A program made the position numbers and the translations under genes. From positions 1,440,001 to 1,472,000 of the forward strand of contig NZ_CP179200.1 of NCBI RefSeq assembly GCF_051201565.1: a stretch of 32,000 bases of DNA, read 5' to 3'. This stretch comes from Pseudothioglobus sp. nBUS_23 (lineage in GTDB: Bacteria > Pseudomonadota > Gammaproteobacteria > PS1 > Pseudothioglobaceae). The notes under the pieces were generated by a model, which saw nothing but the letters and a program-made list of their open reading frames with translations, did not search any database and was not told where the DNA came from. This document shows positions 29,535-32,000 of the stretch, one piece after another (the stretch's first letter is position 1; each line of letters starts with the position of its first letter).

Positions 29535-30197
29535 ATGGAATGGAATTGGGATCACGCATTCGCAGTTTTACCGCAACTGGCTGATGGACTTGTTGTAACG
29601 ATTCAAGCAACAATTGTTGCATCCCTTCTAGCTTATGTTTTGGGTTTGGGGATAGCGATTTTAAAAATGTCTAAAAGCAAGTTCACGCGTATCTCTTTAT
29701 ATTGGGTTACTGAGTTTGTAAGAAGAACGCCAATTCTTGTTCAGCTCTATGTTGTGTTTTATGTCCTACCTGACTTTGGAATTTTCCTTGAGGCATTTAC
29801 ATGTGGCGTAATAGTTCTTGGTATTCACTTTAGCACATATACATCAGAAGTCTTTAGGGCTGGCATTGATAATGTTCCTAAAGGACAATGGGAAGCTGCT
29901 AAATCCCTCAACTACAGCCCAGTTCAAACATGGAAAAATATTATTCTTCCTCAAGCAATACCTCCAATGATTCCCCCACTTGCGAACTACTTGATAACAA
30001 TGTTTAAAGAAACACCTTTACTTGCCGCAATAACAGTTGTTGAATTATTTAGGGCTGCTGACCAATATAGTAATAGTCACTATACTTATCTTGAACCAAT
30101 GACTTTGGTTGGAATATTCTTTTTAATTGTATCAATCCCATCTGCTATGCTAGCTATGAAACTTGAAAAGAAGTTTAAGCAAGCAAAAACAGTCTAA
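29535..30197 (+). CDS. ABC transporter permease (polar amino-acid/ectoine type, EhuD/HisM-like)
   Basis: 220 aa with the EAA-loop region EAAKSLNYSPVQTWKNIILPQA. Starts 2 nt after the preceding permease stop. Confidence 0.88.
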   Translation: MEWNWDHAFAVLPQLADGLVVTIQATIVASLLAYVLGLGIAILKMSKSKFTRISLYWVTEFVRRTPILVQLYVVFYVLPDFGIFLEAFTCGVIVLGIHFSTYTSEVFRAGIDNVPKGQWEAAKSLNYSPVQTWKNIILPQAIPPMIPPLANYLITMFKETPLLAAITVVELFRAADQYSNSHYTYLEPMTLVGIFFLIVSIPSAMLAMKLEKKFKQAKTV

Positions 30198-30224
30198 AAG
30201 TTAATCCAAAGTATTTACTTTGAC

Positions 30225-32000
30225 TTATTCTTTTTCAAGAGCAATATCTAGAACCTGATCAATCCATTTAACTTTAATAATCTCAAGCTTACTTTTAATT
30301 TTTTCAGGAACTTCAGATAATTCTCGTTCGTTATCTTCAGGAATAATCACGGTTTTAATACCGCCTCTCATTGCTGCAAGAAGCTTTTCTTTGAGCCCTC
30401 CGATTGGTGTGATTTCACCTCGAAGCGTTATCTCTCCGGTCATTGCAACAGCAGCTTTTACTTTTCTGCCTGTTAGAACTGAAACTAAAGCGGTGCACAT
30501 TGCAGCACCAGCGCTAGGACCATCTTTTGGAGTGGAGCCATCAGGAACATGGATATGAATGTCCAACTTTTCATGAAAATCATTAGAGATTCCTAGGGAG
30601 TCGGCCCTCAATCTAGTAACAGACATAGCTGCTTGGATAGACTCCTTCATAACATCACCAAGCTGTCCAGTGTAATTTAGCTTACCTTTTCCTTTGTAGG
30701 AAGAAGCCTCAATAGTTAACAAATCTCCACCAACTGATGTCCAAGCTAAACCAGTAACCTCTCCGATTTGGTTATGCTCCTCGGCAAGCCCAAATCTGAA
30801 TTTCTTCATTCCTAAGAATTTGGGAAGGCTTTTCGAGTTAATAATTGCTTTTGTTTTGCGTTTTTTCAAAGTGACATCTTTAATCACTTTTCTGCAAATA
30901 CTTCCAATCTCTCGGTCAAGGTTTCTTACACCTGCTTCACGAGTGTAATAGCGAATAATATCCATAATTGCAGAATCTTTAAAAACTATTTCAGAGCTCT
31001 TAATCCCATTATTTTTCATTTGCTTAGCAATTAAGTGTCTTTTGGCAATCTCAAGCTTCTCATCTTCAGTGTAGCCAGAGAGCTGAATTATTTCCATTCT
31101 ATCTATCAAGGCTTCAGGAAGATTCAAGGAGTTTGCAGTTGCTACAAACATTACTTGAGATAAATCATAGTCAACCTCTAAGTAGTGGTCATTAAATGTA
31201 TGATTTTGCTCTGGGTCCAATACCTCTAACATAGCTGAGCTTGGGTCACCTCTAAAATCTGAAGCCATTTTGTCTATCTCATCAAGCAAAAATAATGGAT
31301 TTTTAACATTGACCTTCTGCATTTTTTGAACAATAGAGCCAGGCATCGCGCCAATATAAGTTCTTCTATGGCCTCGGATTTCTGCCTCATCTCTGACACC
31401 GCCAAGAGCCATTCTGACATACTTGCGATTGACGGATTTTGCAATCGACTCTCCCAAGGAAGTTTTACCAACTCCCGGAGGACCAACCAAACACAATATG
31501 TTTGCCTTGTTGTGAGTCACTCTGCTCTGAACAGCAAGATGCTCCATAATTCTTTCTTTGACCTTATCTAACCCATAGTGATCTTCATCAAGAATCTTTT
31601 GGGCTCTCACTAAGTCCTTATTTGTTTTTGTTTTTTTACTCCATGGGACAGAGCATAGATTTTCAATATAAGTTCTTATGATTGATGCATCGGATGACTG
31701 AGAAGACATTCTTTGGAGTTTATTCAGCTCACTTTGTGCTTTGTTTTTTGCCTCTTTAGGCATCTTTGCCTTATTGATATTATTTTGGAGCTCCTCAATT
31801 TCATTTTCGTCATCCAGCGTTCCAAGCTCCTTTTGAATGGACTTCATTTGTTCATTCAAATAATAATCTCTCTGGTTAGACTCCATTTGCTTGCGAACCC
31901 TATTTTGAATCTTTTGTTCAGCACCTAGAACATCTAGCTCGCCCTCAAGTATAGAAAGAATAGCCTCAAGGCGATCTTTTGCAAGCCCACTCTCAAGAAG
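30225..32000 (-). CDS. lon: ATP-dependent Lon protease, C-terminal ~590 codons (gene continues past the right edge)
   Basis: Walker A GPPGVGKTS, Walker B LLDEIDK, catalytic PKDGPSAGAAM (Ser) and GGLKEK (Lys). The frame stays open from the ORF-track Met at 31886 up to 32000, reading LLESGLAKDRLEAILSILEGELDVLGAEQKIQNRVRKQ upstream of that Met. The track's start is therefore internal. Confidence 0.95.
   Translation of the reverse strand, partial: LLESGLAKDRLEAILSILEGELDVLGAEQKIQNRVRKQMESNQRDYYLNEQMKSIQKELGTLDDENEIEELQNNINKAKMPKEAKNKAQSELNKLQRMSSQSSDASIIRTYIENLCSVPWSKKTKTNKDLVRAQKILDEDHYGLDKVKERIMEHLAVQSRVTHNKANILCLVGPPGVGKTSLGESIAKSVNRKYVRMALGGVRDEAEIRGHRRTYIGAMPGSIVQKMQKVNVKNPLFLLDEIDKMASDFRGDPSSAMLEVLDPEQNHTFNDHYLEVDYDLSQVMFVATANSLNLPEALIDRMEIIQLSGYTEDEKLEIAKRHLIAKQMKNNGIKSSEIVFKDSAIMDIIRYYTREAGVRNLDREIGSICRKVIKDVTLKKRKTKAIINSKSLPKFLGMKKFRFGLAEEHNQIGEVTGLAWTSVGGDLLTIEASSYKGKGKLNYTGQLGDVMKESIQAAMSVTRLRADSLGISNDFHEKLDIHIHVPDGSTPKDGPSAGAAMCTALVSVLTGRKVKAAVAMTGEITLRGEITPIGGLKEKLLAAMRGGIKTVIIPEDNERELSEVPEKIKSKLEIIKVKWIDQVLDIALEKE

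Noticed and set aside
30207-30222. Palindrome CAAAGTA-TT-TACTTTG between the convergent permease and lon stops, considered as a bidirectional terminator.
   Set aside because: It has a 7-bp AT-rich stem with a sterically impossible 2-nt loop (effectively 5-6 bp) and no flanking T-runs. It is plausible but unsupported.

Overview
This is a 32 kb window of a visibly AT-rich, very gene-dense chromosome. By gene content and order it looks gammaproteobacterial; GC content was not computed and no taxon can be assigned from the sequence alone. I can support 36 protein-coding genes, two of them truncated by the window edges.

Coding genes, left to right:
- nuoDCBA (minus strand; nuoD runs off the left edge)
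- tldD and a short YhdP/AsmA-like envelope protein
- a membrane-anchored cytochrome c5
- a half-length asparaginase-domain protein
- yggS, an orphan PyrK-like flavo-FeS protein, and argB
- hemW, rdgB and rpiA
- an orphan 4-TM protein
- a split YeeE/YedE pair, a TusA-like protein and a DsrE-like protein (candidate sulfur import/relay operon)
- an almost gap-free minus-strand array: pabC, mltG, tmk, holB, hemL, a LOG-family gene and a HAD-IB gene
- ppnP, pepA, dsbC and rsmB
- a cytoplasmic BisC-type molybdoenzyme
- a polar-solute ABC importer in Ehu gene order (ATPase, binding protein, two permeases), interrupted by an inverted AsnC/Lrp regulator
- the C-terminal roughly 590 codons of lon (runs off the right edge)

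I found no rRNA, tRNA, CRISPR array, transposase, integrase, phage gene or recognisable defence system. Most of the window is ordinary core genome.

The stretches most worth a second look:
1. The BisC-like reductase, ABC importer and AsnC locus, for its unusual architecture and its tandem internal terminators.
2. The split-YeeE/TusA/DsrE-like module with its orphan membrane neighbour.
3. The PyrK-like protein, which has no visible partner and is wedged between argB and yggS by overlapping stop and start codons.

All functional links proposed for these are inferences from gene adjacency, not demonstrated systems. I cannot claim a clearly novel system from sequence alone.
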